Part shown: piece after piece, positions 49,644-59,848 of the stretch
How the letters are laid out: each line of letters opens with the position of its first letter
Position numbering within the stretch: position 1 is the first letter of the stretch
From: Prevotellaceae bacterium
Lineage (GTDB): Bacteria; Bacteroidota; Bacteroidia; Bacteroidales; Bacteroidaceae
DNA length: 64,000 nt
Assembly (NCBI GenBank): GCA_029219385.1
Contig: JAQXTH010000021.1
Span: 10,499-74,498 of the forward strand
Direction of reading: 5' to 3'
The notes under the pieces: model-generated
Databases searched by the model: none
The model's input: only the letters and a program-made list of their open reading frames with translations
Told to the model about the DNA's origin: nothing
Made by a program: the position numbers and the translations under genes

Positions 49644-50783
49644 ATGTTTTCCGACATAATAAATCAAATAAATTGGGACGACACAACTCGCAACATCTAT
49701 TCAAAAACAGATGCCGACGTGCGCCGCGCCCTCTCAAAACAACACTGCGACATCAATGATTTCATGGCACTCATTTCCCCCGCTGCCGAGCCATATCTTG
49801 AGCAAATGGCACAATTGAGCCGACACTTCACCGAGAAACGCTTTGGTCGCGTCATGTCGATGTTCATTCCCCTCTATATCACCAACTCCTGCACCAACTC
49901 CTGCATCTACTGCGCCTTCCACAGCCAAAACAAGATGCCACGAGTGATACTCACCCCCCAACAGATTGAAAACGAATTTAAAGCCATCAAACAACTCGCC
50001 CCATTCGAAAACATTCTGATTGTCACAGGCGAAAACCCCATAAAGGCAGGTGTTCCCTATATCGCCCAAAGCATAGACATCGCAAAAAAATATTTCGCCA
50101 ACATAAAAATAGAAGTGCAACCCCTCGACACCCCCGACTATGAAACACTCATCGCCCACGGACTTAACGGAGTGATTTGTTTTCAAGAAACCTACAACCA
50201 AGCCAACTACAACATCTATCACCCCCGCGGCATGAAGTCAAACTACGAGTGGCGACTCAATGGATTCGACCGCATGGGCAAAGCCGGAGTCCACTCCATT
50301 GGCATGGGCGTGTTGATAGGTCTCGAAAAAGAATGGCGCACAGACATCACCATGATGGCCACCCACCTGCGCTACCTGCAAAAACAATATTGGCGCACAA
50401 AATATAGCGTAAACTTCCCTCGCATGAGACCTGCCGAAAACCAAGGCTTCCAACCCAACTGCATAATGAGCGACCGCCAATTGGCTCAGGCAACTTTTGC
50501 CATGAGAATATTCGACCACGATGTAGACATCTCCTACTCCACACGCGAACCCGCATACATACGTGACAATATGGCGCGCCTCGGAGTCACCACAATGAGC
50601 GCAGAGAGCAAAACACAGCCCGGTGGCTACTACACCTATCCCGAAGCTCTCGACCAATTCTCGGTAAACGACAACCGAACTGCCAAACAAATATGCCACC
50701 AACTCGCCACCCTCGGCATAACCCCCGTTTGGAAAGACTGGGACACATCATTTGACAAAACCCACCTCGCTTCTGCCCGATGA
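49644..50783 (+). CDS. thiH: 2-iminoacetate synthase (radical SAM tyrosine lyase)
   Basis: Starts MFSDIINQINWDD. Radical-SAM cluster motif CTNSCIYCAF. The track ORF has a 14-codon upstream extension overlapping thiF. Confidence 0.88.
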   Translation: MFSDIINQINWDDTTRNIYSKTDADVRRALSKQHCDINDFMALISPAAEPYLEQMAQLSRHFTEKRFGRVMSMFIPLYITNSCTNSCIYCAFHSQNKMPRVILTPQQIENEFKAIKQLAPFENILIVTGENPIKAGVPYIAQSIDIAKKYFANIKIEVQPLDTPDYETLIAHGLNGVICFQETYNQANYNIYHPRGMKSNYEWRLNGFDRMGKAGVHSIGMGVLIGLEKEWRTDITMMATHLRYLQKQYWRTKYSVNFPRMRPAENQGFQPNCIMSDRQLAQATFAMRIFDHDVDISYSTREPAYIRDNMARLGVTTMSAESKTQPGGYYTYPEALDQFSVNDNRTAKQICHQLATLGITPVWKDWDTSFDKTHLASAR

Positions 50784-51358
50784 AGATAATCCTGATCACT
50801 CTACCAGACTTCCATGCCTCTGAAGCCGACGAGATAAACTCCATGTTCGATGCAGGACTTCCCCTGCTCCACGTTCGCAAACCCAAAGCCTCTCTTCAAG
50901 AAACAGAAGAATTCATTCTCAAAATCAGCCCACGCCATAGGGCGCAAATAGTGATCCACAACCATTTCTCACTCATCGAGAAACTGTCTTTGCGAGGAGC
51001 ACATCTCGGAGCAGGACGCACCATTGACCCTCGGCACTTCAACAAACAACTCTCCTTTTCGTGCCACACAATCAACGAAGTAAAGACCCGGAAACACAAC
51101 TACAACTATGTGTTTCTCAGCCCCATATTCAACAGCCTGTCAAAAAAGGGCTACACCTCACCTTTCACTGCCGACCAACTCACCCAAGCATCTCTCAACG
51201 GAACAATCGACCACAAAGTATTTGCTCTGGGCGGAATAACCCCCTCTGTATTGCCCCTTGTCGGACAATGGCATTTCGGAGGAGTTGCTCTGCTCGGCGA
51301 TGTTTGGCAACACGAAAATCCCGTTGGGAGACTACAACAATGGCTAAGCCTTTTATAA
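50780..51358 (+). CDS. Thiamine-phosphate synthase family protein (TenI/ThiE-like second copy)
   Basis: 192 aa. Motifs LHVRKP, GAHLG, FLSPIF and FALGGI. ATGA overlap with the thiH stop. Confidence 0.7.
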   Translation: MKIILITLPDFHASEADEINSMFDAGLPLLHVRKPKASLQETEEFILKISPRHRAQIVIHNHFSLIEKLSLRGAHLGAGRTIDPRHFNKQLSFSCHTINEVKTRKHNYNYVFLSPIFNSLSKKGYTSPFTADQLTQASLNGTIDHKVFALGGITPSVLPLVGQWHFGGVALLGDVWQHENPVGRLQQWLSLL

Positions 51359-51467
51359 ACCATTATCGTTTGAGACATTTTAGACATGATCAGCCTACAA
51401 GAGCGTATGAGGAGAAAATGTCACAAAATCCTTTTCTTTTTAATTCCCCTACTCCGAGTTTTTGCCA

Positions 51468-53501
51468 TTAGATTTTGTTTACCCCCAAAATTCGGTCGGC
51501 AATGGCTTTCGCAAAAGCCCGGTCGGGTTTTTGCGTTTCGGTGAGAGGCAGAGCGTCAACAGGCAGAAAACGACGCGGCACCTCATATCTGTCAAGAACC
51601 TCTCTGCAAACAGACTCAAGCGTCGAGACATCATCACCCTCCCTATACAGCAACACAAGAGCCTCACCAAGTTTCTCGTCGGCAACACTGGTTAAAACAA
51701 AGGGCAAGCTTGTATGAGAAGAGAGTTTCCGCTCGATAAGTTCTATTTGCAATTTAATTCCGCCCGAACAAACAACATTATCTTTGCGCCCCATAACAAA
51801 AAACGAGCCGTCGGCCATCAACTCCGCCAAATCGTTGGTGACAATCTTTTCATCGCTCACGCGAGGAGCATTTATGCACAAACGATTGTCTTCCGTCAGC
51901 GTCACTTCAACACCCGGCAAGGGCTTGTAACCTCGCTCGCCACTCCCACCGTTCACACGCCTCATGGCGATGTGGGAGAGGGTCTCCGTCATACCGTATG
52001 TGCTCCACACGTTGTTGGGAAACAAGCGCAACTTCTCTTCCAGGCTTGGCGACAACGGTCCTCCCCCAATAATCAGTTGTCTGACCCCCTTCATCAACGA
52101 TGTTTCCCGAGCATTGGTCAATGTCTCGACCACCTGCATAGGCGTTAGGGCAGCAAACACGGGCGAGAAATCAAGCGTTCTGAACGGATGGGAAGACGGC
52201 GACACACTAACGAGGCGCAATTCTCCAACCATGCTTCTCACCACCATCATTTTTCCTGCCACATAGTCCATCGGCAAACACAGCAAAGCCGTATCACCTT
52301 TCTTTAAACCAAGAAAAGAAAGTGTCGCCTCGGCGCTCGAAATCATTCGACTCTTCTCCGCAAGAAATTTCTTTGGTCTGCCGGTAGACCCCGATGTTTT
52401 CATCTCGACTGTTGACGAAGCACTTCTAAATTCGTTTTCAAAACGAGCAACTTCTTTCTCAAATCTTCTTTGTTGCTCACTGCGAAACCACAGTTTGTCG
52501 CCCTCAAGAGAGAGGTCTGTCAGGGAAAAGTTTTTTTCAAAGAGTTGTCCAGTGCCAAGTCCCTGAGGAAATGTGCAGTCTGTCGTTTGGGCTGCCCATT
52601 GCGAAATGGCATTAAGCCCCACGTTGCTTTCGAGCGCCGACGTGATCCAAAACCCGATATTGCGCCGCCGAGCCTCTTCTATCCATTGCTCACAACCGTA
52701 GATACCACCGTGGAGCGTGGGTTTAAGGATAATATATTGCGGCATGACGGTGTCGAGCAATCTTTGCTTGTCTTCCAACCTGTTAATGCCAATCAATTCT
52801 TCATCAAGGGCTATGGGCACCGGGGTCTCTCTGCACAATCGCGCCATCTGCGCCCATTGGTGTTGGCGTATGGGCTGCTCTATGCTGTGAACATCGAGCT
52901 CATGCAACCGCTCAAGCACCTCGCGAGCCTCAACGGGAGAAAATCCGCCGTTGGCATCAACTCTGATTTGCAATTTCTCCGTAGGGAAACGCCGACGCAA
53001 ACTCGTCAACAATGCAAGTTCCCTATCAAAAGCGATTGCGCCTATTTTTATCTTGATGCACTTGAAGCCACCTTTGAGTTTTTCCTCCACTCGCGCCACC
53101 ATTTCATCATAAGACCCCATCCACACAAGGCCGTTGATGGTGATAGGGGTCTCACACCGCGTGAAAGCATTGTCGAAAAGACAAAGATTGTTTCCCCTTT
53201 GCGCCCCTCTGAGCGAGAGCAGGGCTGTTTCGAGGGCAAAAACGATCGAGGGATAATCTGCCCATGCTTCATAATCAATCCTGCCGAGATCAACCAACGA
53301 GCGACAGGCCTTATCAATTTGGCCATACATATCTTCGCAATAGTCACACGAAAGGTCATATAATGGCGCACACTCGCCAAGGCCATGAAAGTTGCCCTCG
53401 TGCAAATGTATGTACCATATTTTTCTGTCAAGATATGTGCCACGGCTTGTCGTTGCCGGTTGCTTAAATCTCAATACGCAGGGTTGGATTGTATAGTGCA
53501 T
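51468..53501 (-). CDS. Fused o-succinylbenzoate synthase (MenC, enolase superfamily) and o-succinylbenzoate--CoA ligase (MenE, short Bacteroidetes type)
   Basis: Single 677-aa ORF. The N-terminal ~335 aa have OSBS/MLE features (GLGECAPL, KIKIG, IRVDANGGF, IEQP, ALDEEL). The C-terminal ~340 aa are AMP-binding (TSGSTGRPKK, YVAGKMMVVR, YGMTET, GRKDNVVCSGGIK). There is no stop or frameshift at the junction (~52470-52520). Confidence 0.75.
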   Translation of the reverse strand: MHYTIQPCVLRFKQPATTSRGTYLDRKIWYIHLHEGNFHGLGECAPLYDLSCDYCEDMYGQIDKACRSLVDLGRIDYEAWADYPSIVFALETALLSLRGAQRGNNLCLFDNAFTRCETPITINGLVWMGSYDEMVARVEEKLKGGFKCIKIKIGAIAFDRELALLTSLRRRFPTEKLQIRVDANGGFSPVEAREVLERLHELDVHSIEQPIRQHQWAQMARLCRETPVPIALDEELIGINRLEDKQRLLDTVMPQYIILKPTLHGGIYGCEQWIEEARRRNIGFWITSALESNVGLNAISQWAAQTTDCTFPQGLGTGQLFEKNFSLTDLSLEGDKLWFRSEQQRRFEKEVARFENEFRSASSTVEMKTSGSTGRPKKFLAEKSRMISSAEATLSFLGLKKGDTALLCLPMDYVAGKMMVVRSMVGELRLVSVSPSSHPFRTLDFSPVFAALTPMQVVETLTNARETSLMKGVRQLIIGGGPLSPSLEEKLRLFPNNVWSTYGMTETLSHIAMRRVNGGSGERGYKPLPGVEVTLTEDNRLCINAPRVSDEKIVTNDLAELMADGSFFVMGRKDNVVCSGGIKLQIELIERKLSSHTSLPFVLTSVADEKLGEALVLLYREGDDVSTLESVCREVLDRYEVPRRFLPVDALPLTETQKPDRAFAKAIADRILGVNKI

Positions 53502-53513
53502 TTCTTTTTTGCT

Positions 53514-54374
53514 TTACGGCAGTTTGGGGTATTTGGAAAAGTCGGGCTTGCGCTTTTCGAGAAAAGCCCTGCCACCCTCGTGAGCCTCATCGAGCATATA
53601 ATAGAGCATTGTGGCATCGCCCGCGAGTTCCTGAATGCCGGCTTGTCCGTCAAGTTCAGCGTTGAGTCCTGCCTTTATCATTCTCAAGGCGAGTGGCGAA
53701 CGCTCCATCATTGTTTTTGCCCAATCAACCACTTCGTCTTCAAGACAATCATAATCCACCACCTTGTTGACCATGCCCATTTGTTCGGCTTCTCGGGCAT
53801 TGTAGAGCCTGCACATAAACCAAATCTCACGAGCCTTTTTCTGTCCCACTATGCGAGCAAGATATGACGCACCGAAACCGGCATCGAAACTGCCCACCTT
53901 GGGACCGGTCTGGCCAAATTTGGCATTATGAGACGCAATGGTGAGGTCACACATCAAATGCAACACATGACCACCTCCCACAGCAAAACCATTGACCATG
54001 GCAATGACCGGTTTGGGGAGTGAACGAATCTGACGTTGCACGTCGAGCACATTCAACCGCGCCACGCCATCGTCGCCCACATAACCACCCTTTCCTTTCA
54101 CATTCATATCACCTCCTGAACAAAAAGCCTGCTCGCTTAGATATTGTTCGTCGGTCTGTCCCTCAGTGCGCACCGTGGCGGCACCCGTGAGCACCACAAC
54201 ACAAATGTTTTGTGCCTCGCGACAATATGAAAGAGCCTGAGAAATCTCTGCCACGGTGAGCGGAGTGAAAGCATTGCGAAAGCGCGGACGATTGATGCTG
54301 ATCTTGGCAATGCCCTCATATTCCTCAAATATGATTTCCTTAAACTGTTTAATTGTTGTCCAAATACGTGTCAT
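53514..54374 (-). CDS. menB: 1,4-dihydroxy-2-naphthoyl-CoA synthase
   Basis: 286 aa crotonase fold. Motifs [48 protein letters not shown] and [14 protein letters not shown]. Confidence 0.93.
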   Translation of the reverse strand: MTRIWTTIKQFKEIIFEEYEGIAKISINRPRFRNAFTPLTVAEISQALSYCREAQNICVVVLTGAATVRTEGQTDEQYLSEQAFCSGGDMNVKGKGGYVGDDGVARLNVLDVQRQIRSLPKPVIAMVNGFAVGGGHVLHLMCDLTIASHNAKFGQTGPKVGSFDAGFGASYLARIVGQKKAREIWFMCRLYNAREAEQMGMVNKVVDYDCLEDEVVDWAKTMMERSPLALRMIKAGLNAELDGQAGIQELAGDATMLYYMLDEAHEGGRAFLEKRKPDFSKYPKLP

Positions 54375-55917
54375 ATTCTATTATGATTGGTTTGTTATTA
54401 TTATTGTGCATGTTAATTGAGTGAAGCGTATCTTCGAGTTGCTTGTCATTGGCAAGGGCATAATAGTCACACCCATAACTCAAAGCAATTCCATGTGCAT
54501 TACTATTATGGCGGGCAGAGATATAGGGATCTAATGCCGCGGAATTATTCAATCCGTCGAGTTTAGAAAAAATCGCACCTCCGTGGTCATTTAGCAACAC
54601 CACGCGCAGATTACTATTCAACTCCGAGTTCCACAATGAGTTTACATCATAGAAGAAACTCAAATCACCCACTATTACATAGACATTTTTATCATACACA
54701 CTCGCACAACCGGCTGCAACAGAAACACTACCCTCTATGCCATTGACCCCACGATTGCAATAAATCGGGATTTCTCCGGATTCAATCAATCGGGCGGCAA
54801 TTCTCACCACGCTGCTGTTGCCCAAAAACAACATTGCCGAGGGGTCGCTTTTCTTTATGTAATCATAAAGCGACACCACAATCTGTTCTTTAGGGGAAGA
54901 GGCTTGTGGCTCGCTGCCGATGGCGGCTTTAAATTTCTCTACATTTTCATTATATCTCAACAGAGGGGCGATAGCTTTAAAAAAATTCCTTTCGTTGCAT
55001 TTCACCTTTCTCTCAAGATGTGAAAATGTGTCGGGGGCGTCGTTAGTCTCGTCCACCCTTATCACCCTGAGATTATTTGAGCGTCTCAACTTGAGTTTCA
55101 ACCATTTGTTTACGAGATTGCCACCGATGTGTAACACGAGAGTAGGCAAAACGATATTCTCAGCTTTTTGTGCCTCAAGCGTGGCTGTGCGCTCAGCTCC
55201 GGGCTGATTGCTGATAATTTCGGGCAACAAAAGCAGTTTGTTTTCCCTGTCGAGGGCAACAAGTTCATCGATTACTCCGCTCTCATATTGGCCCATTACG
55301 ACCGCCGGCAACTCGGAATTGTTTATAACACCTGCAATTTGCATGGGGTCAAACACATCGTCACACTCTCCAAAATCAAACAGTGACTTTGCCCCACGAG
55401 GCAGTTCTTTTGTCGTGAAACTGAAAAGAGGCTCCTCTATCGGAACATTTATATGAAGCGGACGCAACATGCTGTATTGCCGATTGCAACTCTTGCTGTC
55501 GCACTTCTCAAAAGAAAATGTCTCGGTATATGGTCTCAACGCCCCCGGTTGTGGAATGGTTTGCCCGTCGAGTTGACCTATCCACCTTTGAGGTCGGTCG
55601 GCCGAGATAACAACAAGCGGTATCTGCCTATAGAAAGCCTCCGCCACGGCTGGCAGTGTGTTGAGCAATGCCGAGCCCGAAGTGACACACACAGCCACCG
55701 GCTTATGAGTAATAATCCAAATACCAATGGCAAAAAAAGCGGCACTTCGCTCGTCTGTCACGGGGTGGAGCCTGAAAGAATTGTCAATCTTTGATGCCTC
55801 GTAGAAATTATGAATCAAAACTGCGTTTCTGCTGCCGGGCGAAACGACAATGTCCTTAATGCCCGTTTCAATCAGCCGCGCCGTCAATATATTAACATTC
55901 TCTTTATCGCAATACAT
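54349..55917 (-). CDS. menD: SEPHCHC synthase (2-succinyl-5-enolpyruvyl-6-hydroxy-3-cyclohexene-1-carboxylate synthase)
   Basis: Starts [31 protein letters not shown] (CAT at 55915-55917). TPP motif [13 protein letters not shown]...LNDHGGAIF. The 3' end overlaps the menB start by 26 nt. Confidence 0.88.
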   Translation of the reverse strand: MYCDKENVNILTARLIETGIKDIVVSPGSRNAVLIHNFYEASKIDNSFRLHPVTDERSAAFFAIGIWIITHKPVAVCVTSGSALLNTLPAVAEAFYRQIPLVVISADRPQRWIGQLDGQTIPQPGALRPYTETFSFEKCDSKSCNRQYSMLRPLHINVPIEEPLFSFTTKELPRGAKSLFDFGECDDVFDPMQIAGVINNSELPAVVMGQYESGVIDELVALDRENKLLLLPEIISNQPGAERTATLEAQKAENIVLPTLVLHIGGNLVNKWLKLKLRRSNNLRVIRVDETNDAPDTFSHLERKVKCNERNFFKAIAPLLRYNENVEKFKAAIGSEPQASSPKEQIVVSLYDYIKKSDPSAMLFLGNSSVVRIAARLIESGEIPIYCNRGVNGIEGSVSVAAGCASVYDKNVYVIVGDLSFFYDVNSLWNSELNSNLRVVLLNDHGGAIFSKLDGLNNSAALDPYISARHNSNAHGIALSYGCDYYALANDKQLEDTLHSINMHNNNNKPIIIEYDTYLDNN

Positions 55918-55937
55918 GATCTTATAAGAAAAATCGA

Positions 55938-56990
55938 CTACGCCTCGCCTGTTATCAAACGCATTATGGTGTTGAGTTTGTGGGAAGTTTCGTTCCACTC
56001 ACTCTCCGCATTGCTTTGGGGCATTATGCCGCCACCGGCATAAAAGTTGAGATTGCCTGATTGGTCTGCCTCCATAAATCTCAACGACACATAACACTCC
56101 GTTTCATAAAGCGGATGGTTCACAAATCCGCTGAAACCGGCATAATAACGCCTGGAGCCCATGCCCTCGGCAAGTTCAACAATATCAACGGCCTTTTGGG
56201 TGGGAAATCCGGAAATGGCGGGAGTTGGATGCAAGAATTTCAATATGTTGAGAGTGTCGGAGTTTTTTGGATTGTTGATGGTAAAAGCAGTTTTGATATG
56301 GGCAAGGCTCGCTGCCTTAACAGAAGTGGTCTCCTCTTCACGAAAATCCAATCTGTTGAGCGTGAGTTTCTCTCTGATATATTGAGCCACGATTTGTTGT
56401 TCTGCCACCTCTTTGCCACTCCACTGCCTGCCGGCAACATATTCGCTCCACAACATTGTGGCGGCAACGGCAACCGTATGACCTTGACCACCGTGGCAAC
56501 CATAAAGCAACTCGGGCGATGCTGTAATCCATGCGCCATATTCCTCTATCTCTATCAACGAAACATAGCAATCGGGATAATCTTCACATGCCCTTGCAAA
56601 AACATCTCTCAAATCGACCGCCTCTGACGACATTCTGACACAACGCGCCAAAACAACCTTGTCGGCATCTCCTCTGTCCAACGCTTTCTTTACAGTCTCA
56701 AATGCACGAAAATATTCCTCGCGCTTGTATGAAATCTCACCCTGACTTTTCACAGCCGAGTTGAGGGCGAGCCACTCCTTGGGGTCAAAAGACTTTGACA
56801 AAAAATCTGTAAAAACAAACACGGGACAATCCTCACCGGCCTTAAACGGAGCCATAATAAAACCCTGAACGCTCAGTGAAATCTCTTCCAATGAGGCATA
56901 GGCTTCCACTGTTGTGGCAGAGAGAAAGACAGCGTCTCTGTTTCCGGGCATTCTGCAAGCCACAAATGCTTTATTATGTATTATCTTCAT
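55938..56990 (-). CDS. menF: Isochorismate synthase
   Basis: 350 aa. Chorismate-binding C-terminal motifs LHPTPAISGFP, RRYYAGFSGF and LRFMEAD...YAGGGI. Confidence 0.85.
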   Translation of the reverse strand: MKIIHNKAFVACRMPGNRDAVFLSATTVEAYASLEEISLSVQGFIMAPFKAGEDCPVFVFTDFLSKSFDPKEWLALNSAVKSQGEISYKREEYFRAFETVKKALDRGDADKVVLARCVRMSSEAVDLRDVFARACEDYPDCYVSLIEIEEYGAWITASPELLYGCHGGQGHTVAVAATMLWSEYVAGRQWSGKEVAEQQIVAQYIREKLTLNRLDFREEETTSVKAASLAHIKTAFTINNPKNSDTLNILKFLHPTPAISGFPTQKAVDIVELAEGMGSRRYYAGFSGFVNHPLYETECYVSLRFMEADQSGNLNFYAGGGIMPQSNAESEWNETSHKLNTIMRLITGEA

Positions 56991-57048
56991 TCGCTTCCTC
57001 CAAGAAACATCTATATGGAGCGCAGGCGATTGTCTGTGGTGCAGACAA

Positions 57049-57537
57049 TCAGATTTTTCGCTTGAGATTTATAAATGTATAAGGTTGGTCGTTTTGCTCA
57101 TCGGCAGGATGGCTTTCTCTGAATGTTTCCTCCCACTCCTCAAAATTGATTTGAGGGAAAAACGTGTCAGCCTCTGCCGGAATATCGTCCACAAGGGTGA
57201 GATACAATTCATCGGCCAACGGCAGACTCTCGCCATAAACCGAACTGCCTCCTATTACGAATACTTTTTCCTCTTCGCCACAATGTTTCAACGCTTCTTG
57301 AAGCGAGGGAAAAACCTCCGTGTTTGGAAAACTTCTGTCGCCGCGTGTAAGCACAATGTTTCGGCGGTTTGGCAAAGCACCCTTGGGCAACGACTCAAAA
57401 GTGAGACGACCCATAACCACCGTGTGACCCGTGGTGAGGTCTTTAAATCGTTTCAAATCTGCCCGCTGATGATAAATCATGCCACCGTTGAGACCAATCG
57501 CATTGTTCTTTGCCACACAAACTATTATTGCCAACAT
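57049..57537 (-). CDS. folA: Dihydrofolate reductase
   Basis: 162 aa. Motifs MLAIIVCVAKNNAIG, LKRFKDLTTGHTVVMGRLTFESLP, LPNRRNIVLTR and VIGGSSVY. Confidence 0.93.
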   Translation of the reverse strand: MLAIIVCVAKNNAIGLNGGMIYHQRADLKRFKDLTTGHTVVMGRLTFESLPKGALPNRRNIVLTRGDRSFPNTEVFPSLQEALKHCGEEEKVFVIGGSSVYGESLPLADELYLTLVDDIPAEADTFFPQINFEEWEETFRESHPADEQNDQPYTFINLKRKI

Positions 57538-57568
57538 ATTCTAATTCTATTTATTATGTCGCTCCGGA

Positions 57569-58363
57569 CTATACAGCCACCTTGCCCGCAATATGGGGCC
57601 ACGGATTGTAGTCTGTGAGCACAATGTCTTCGTATTTAAAATCAAAAATAGAGTTCACCTCTTTGTTGAGCACCACATGGGGCAAATCGCGCGGAGCACG
57701 CTGCAACTGAGTCTCCACCTGTTCCAAATGATTGCTGTATATATGGGCATCGCCAAGAGTATGAACAAAATCACCGGCTTTCAGTCCTGTGACATGGGCC
57801 ATCATCAGCAGCAAAAGAGCATAGGAAGCAATATTAAAAGGCACACCGAGGAAACAGTCGGCACTTCTCTGATACATTTGCAAACTAAGTCGACCGTTGG
57901 CCACATAAAATTGGAAAAACATGTGGCATGGAGGTAAATTCATCTTGTCGAGGTCTGCCACGTTCCACGCATTGACAATTATGCGACGCGAGTCGGGATT
58001 ATTTTTAATCATGTCGACAGCCTGCTGAATCTGGTCAATATGACCACCGTTGTAATCGGGCCACGAACGCCATTGGTAACCATAGATATGGCCTAATTCT
58101 CCATCAGGGTCGGCCCACTCATTCCATATCCTCACACCGTTTTCCTGCAAATAAGCCACATTCGTATCGCCTTTAAGAAACCACAACAATTCGTGAACGA
58201 TAGACTTGAAATGAAGTTTCTTGGTGGTGAGCAAGGGAAAACCGTCGTCAAGGTTAAACCTCATTTGGTGGCCAAAGATACTTTTGGTGCCGGTAGAAGT
58301 GCGGTCGCTCTTCTCCACACCCTCTGTCATTATTCTTTCGAGTAAATTCAAATATTGTTTCAT
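57569..58363 (-). CDS. thyA: Thymidylate synthase
   Basis: Starts [11 protein letters not shown] (CAT at 58361-58363); the track ORF adds 4 codons from a TTG. Motifs [31 protein letters not shown] and [11 protein letters not shown]. Confidence 0.95.
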   Translation of the reverse strand: MKQYLNLLERIMTEGVEKSDRTSTGTKSIFGHQMRFNLDDGFPLLTTKKLHFKSIVHELLWFLKGDTNVAYLQENGVRIWNEWADPDGELGHIYGYQWRSWPDYNGGHIDQIQQAVDMIKNNPDSRRIIVNAWNVADLDKMNLPPCHMFFQFYVANGRLSLQMYQRSADCFLGVPFNIASYALLLLMMAHVTGLKAGDFVHTLGDAHIYSNHLEQVETQLQRAPRDLPHVVLNKEVNSIFDFKYEDIVLTDYNPWPHIAGKVAV

Positions 58364-58391
58364 ACAATAAGTCAAGCGTTATTTTAATGTG

Positions 58392-58399
58392 CAAATTTA
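58392..58399 (-). promoter_or_regulatory. Putative -7 box (TAAATTTG on minus strand) for thyA
   Basis: Plus strand reads caaattta, 29 nt upstream of the ATG at 58363. Confidence 0.5.
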
Positions 58400-58478
58400 A
58401 TAATTTATATCTATCTTTCTTCAATTCATGCCGACAAATTATTAACTTCGCACATACGATTAAAACACACTAACCAAT

Positions 58479-59819
58479 ATGTTGCTGCCACAAGCATTTA
58501 TCGACCAAACCACAGCCCTGCTGGGCCAACAACAATTCAATGAGTTTTGCAAAGCCCTCGAAAGCGACCCCGTTGTTTCGGTGAGACCCAACCCCTTTAA
58601 AGACCCCGAAGCGAAAGCACTGAAAAACTACGACATAGAGTCGCGGGTGGAATGGTCGTCATCGGGCCGCTATCTGAGCAGACGGCCTCCGTTTACGCTC
58701 AATCCGCTGTTTCACGCCGGCGCATTCTATGTACAGGAAGCCTCGTCCATGTTTTTAGAACAAGCATTAAAGCAATGCGAACACCCTCTCACCGTGCTTG
58801 ACCTCTGCGCTGCTCCGGGTGGCAAATCAACATTATTGCGCTCGCTTCTGCCCGACGAGGCTCTGCTTGTCTGCAACGAACCAATCAGAAGCCGCGCTCT
58901 AATCTTGGCAGAGAATATCATCAAATGGGGTCACGAGGGTTGCCTTGTCACCTCTAACTTTCCGCGCGACTTCTCTAAAGTAGCCCCAATTTTCGACCTC
59001 GTGGTCATCGATGCGCCATGTTCGGGCGAAGGAATGTTTAGAAAAGACAATCCGGCTCTTGAAATGTGGTCGCCCATCGCCGTTGAGCAATGTGCCGAGC
59101 GACAGCGACAAATAATCAACGACATCTGGCCCACAATAAAACAAGGCGGATATATCATCTACAGCACCTGCACCTACAACACTACCGAAAACGAAGACAA
59201 TATTTCATATATGTGTGAGCAACTCGGTGCCGAAGCAGTGGAAATTGATATTGACCCAAAGTGGAACATCTGTCAAAATCTCTCAGACCGACACAACCTG
59301 CCCGTATATCGCTTTATGCCCCACAAAACACGCGGAGAAGGTTTTTGCATTGCCCTCTTGCGCAAAACCTCCGACACACCAAACACAAAAACCAAGACAA
59401 AGAAAAAGTTTTCTCCAATCTCAACCGCAAACAACCCTCTCACCACAACCGACATGGTGACACTCACTCAAAACGAAACGCAATATGCCATAAGAACAAA
59501 CGATGCCCCAATCATTGGCCACCTCATCGACAACCTGCATTTCCTCACTATGGGTGTGGCTCTGTGCGAAACAAAAGGGAGGCGCGAAATTCCGCGTCAC
59601 GAACTTGCCATGAGCCGATTGCTTAACCACAACGCTTTTCCCTCGGTCGAATTATCCATCGACAAAGCTCTCGACTACCTGCGCCGCCAGGCCGTTTGCA
59701 TAGACGCAAAAAAAGGATACACATTGATAACCCACAATGATTTGCCACTTGGTTTCGCAAACAACCTTGGCAACAGGTCAAACAATATGTATCCTCAAAA
59801 TTGGAAAATCAAACACTAA
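58479..59819 (+). CDS. rRNA cytosine-C5 methyltransferase (RsmB/RsmF, NOL1/NOP2/Sun family)
   Basis: 446 aa. SAM motifs DLCAAPGGKST and DAPCSGEGMFRK. Catalytic region YSTCTYN. Confidence 0.85.
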   Translation: MLLPQAFIDQTTALLGQQQFNEFCKALESDPVVSVRPNPFKDPEAKALKNYDIESRVEWSSSGRYLSRRPPFTLNPLFHAGAFYVQEASSMFLEQALKQCEHPLTVLDLCAAPGGKSTLLRSLLPDEALLVCNEPIRSRALILAENIIKWGHEGCLVTSNFPRDFSKVAPIFDLVVIDAPCSGEGMFRKDNPALEMWSPIAVEQCAERQRQIINDIWPTIKQGGYIIYSTCTYNTTENEDNISYMCEQLGAEAVEIDIDPKWNICQNLSDRHNLPVYRFMPHKTRGEGFCIALLRKTSDTPNTKTKTKKKFSPISTANNPLTTTDMVTLTQNETQYAIRTNDAPIIGHLIDNLHFLTMGVALCETKGRREIPRHELAMSRLLNHNAFPSVELSIDKALDYLRRQAVCIDAKKGYTLITHNDLPLGFANNLGNRSNNMYPQNWKIKH

Positions 59820-59848
59820 AATAAAGTGTCTGATTCAATTATCCTATA

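Noticed and set aside
52470-53363. 297-aa plus-strand ORF.
   Set aside because: Antisense to the MenC half of the fused menC/menE ORF. The composition is typical of a shadow frame.
56914-57618. 234-aa plus-strand ORF spanning the menF start, folA and the thyA end.
   Set aside because: It crosses three well-supported minus-strand genes and two intergenic gaps, so it is implausible as a real gene.
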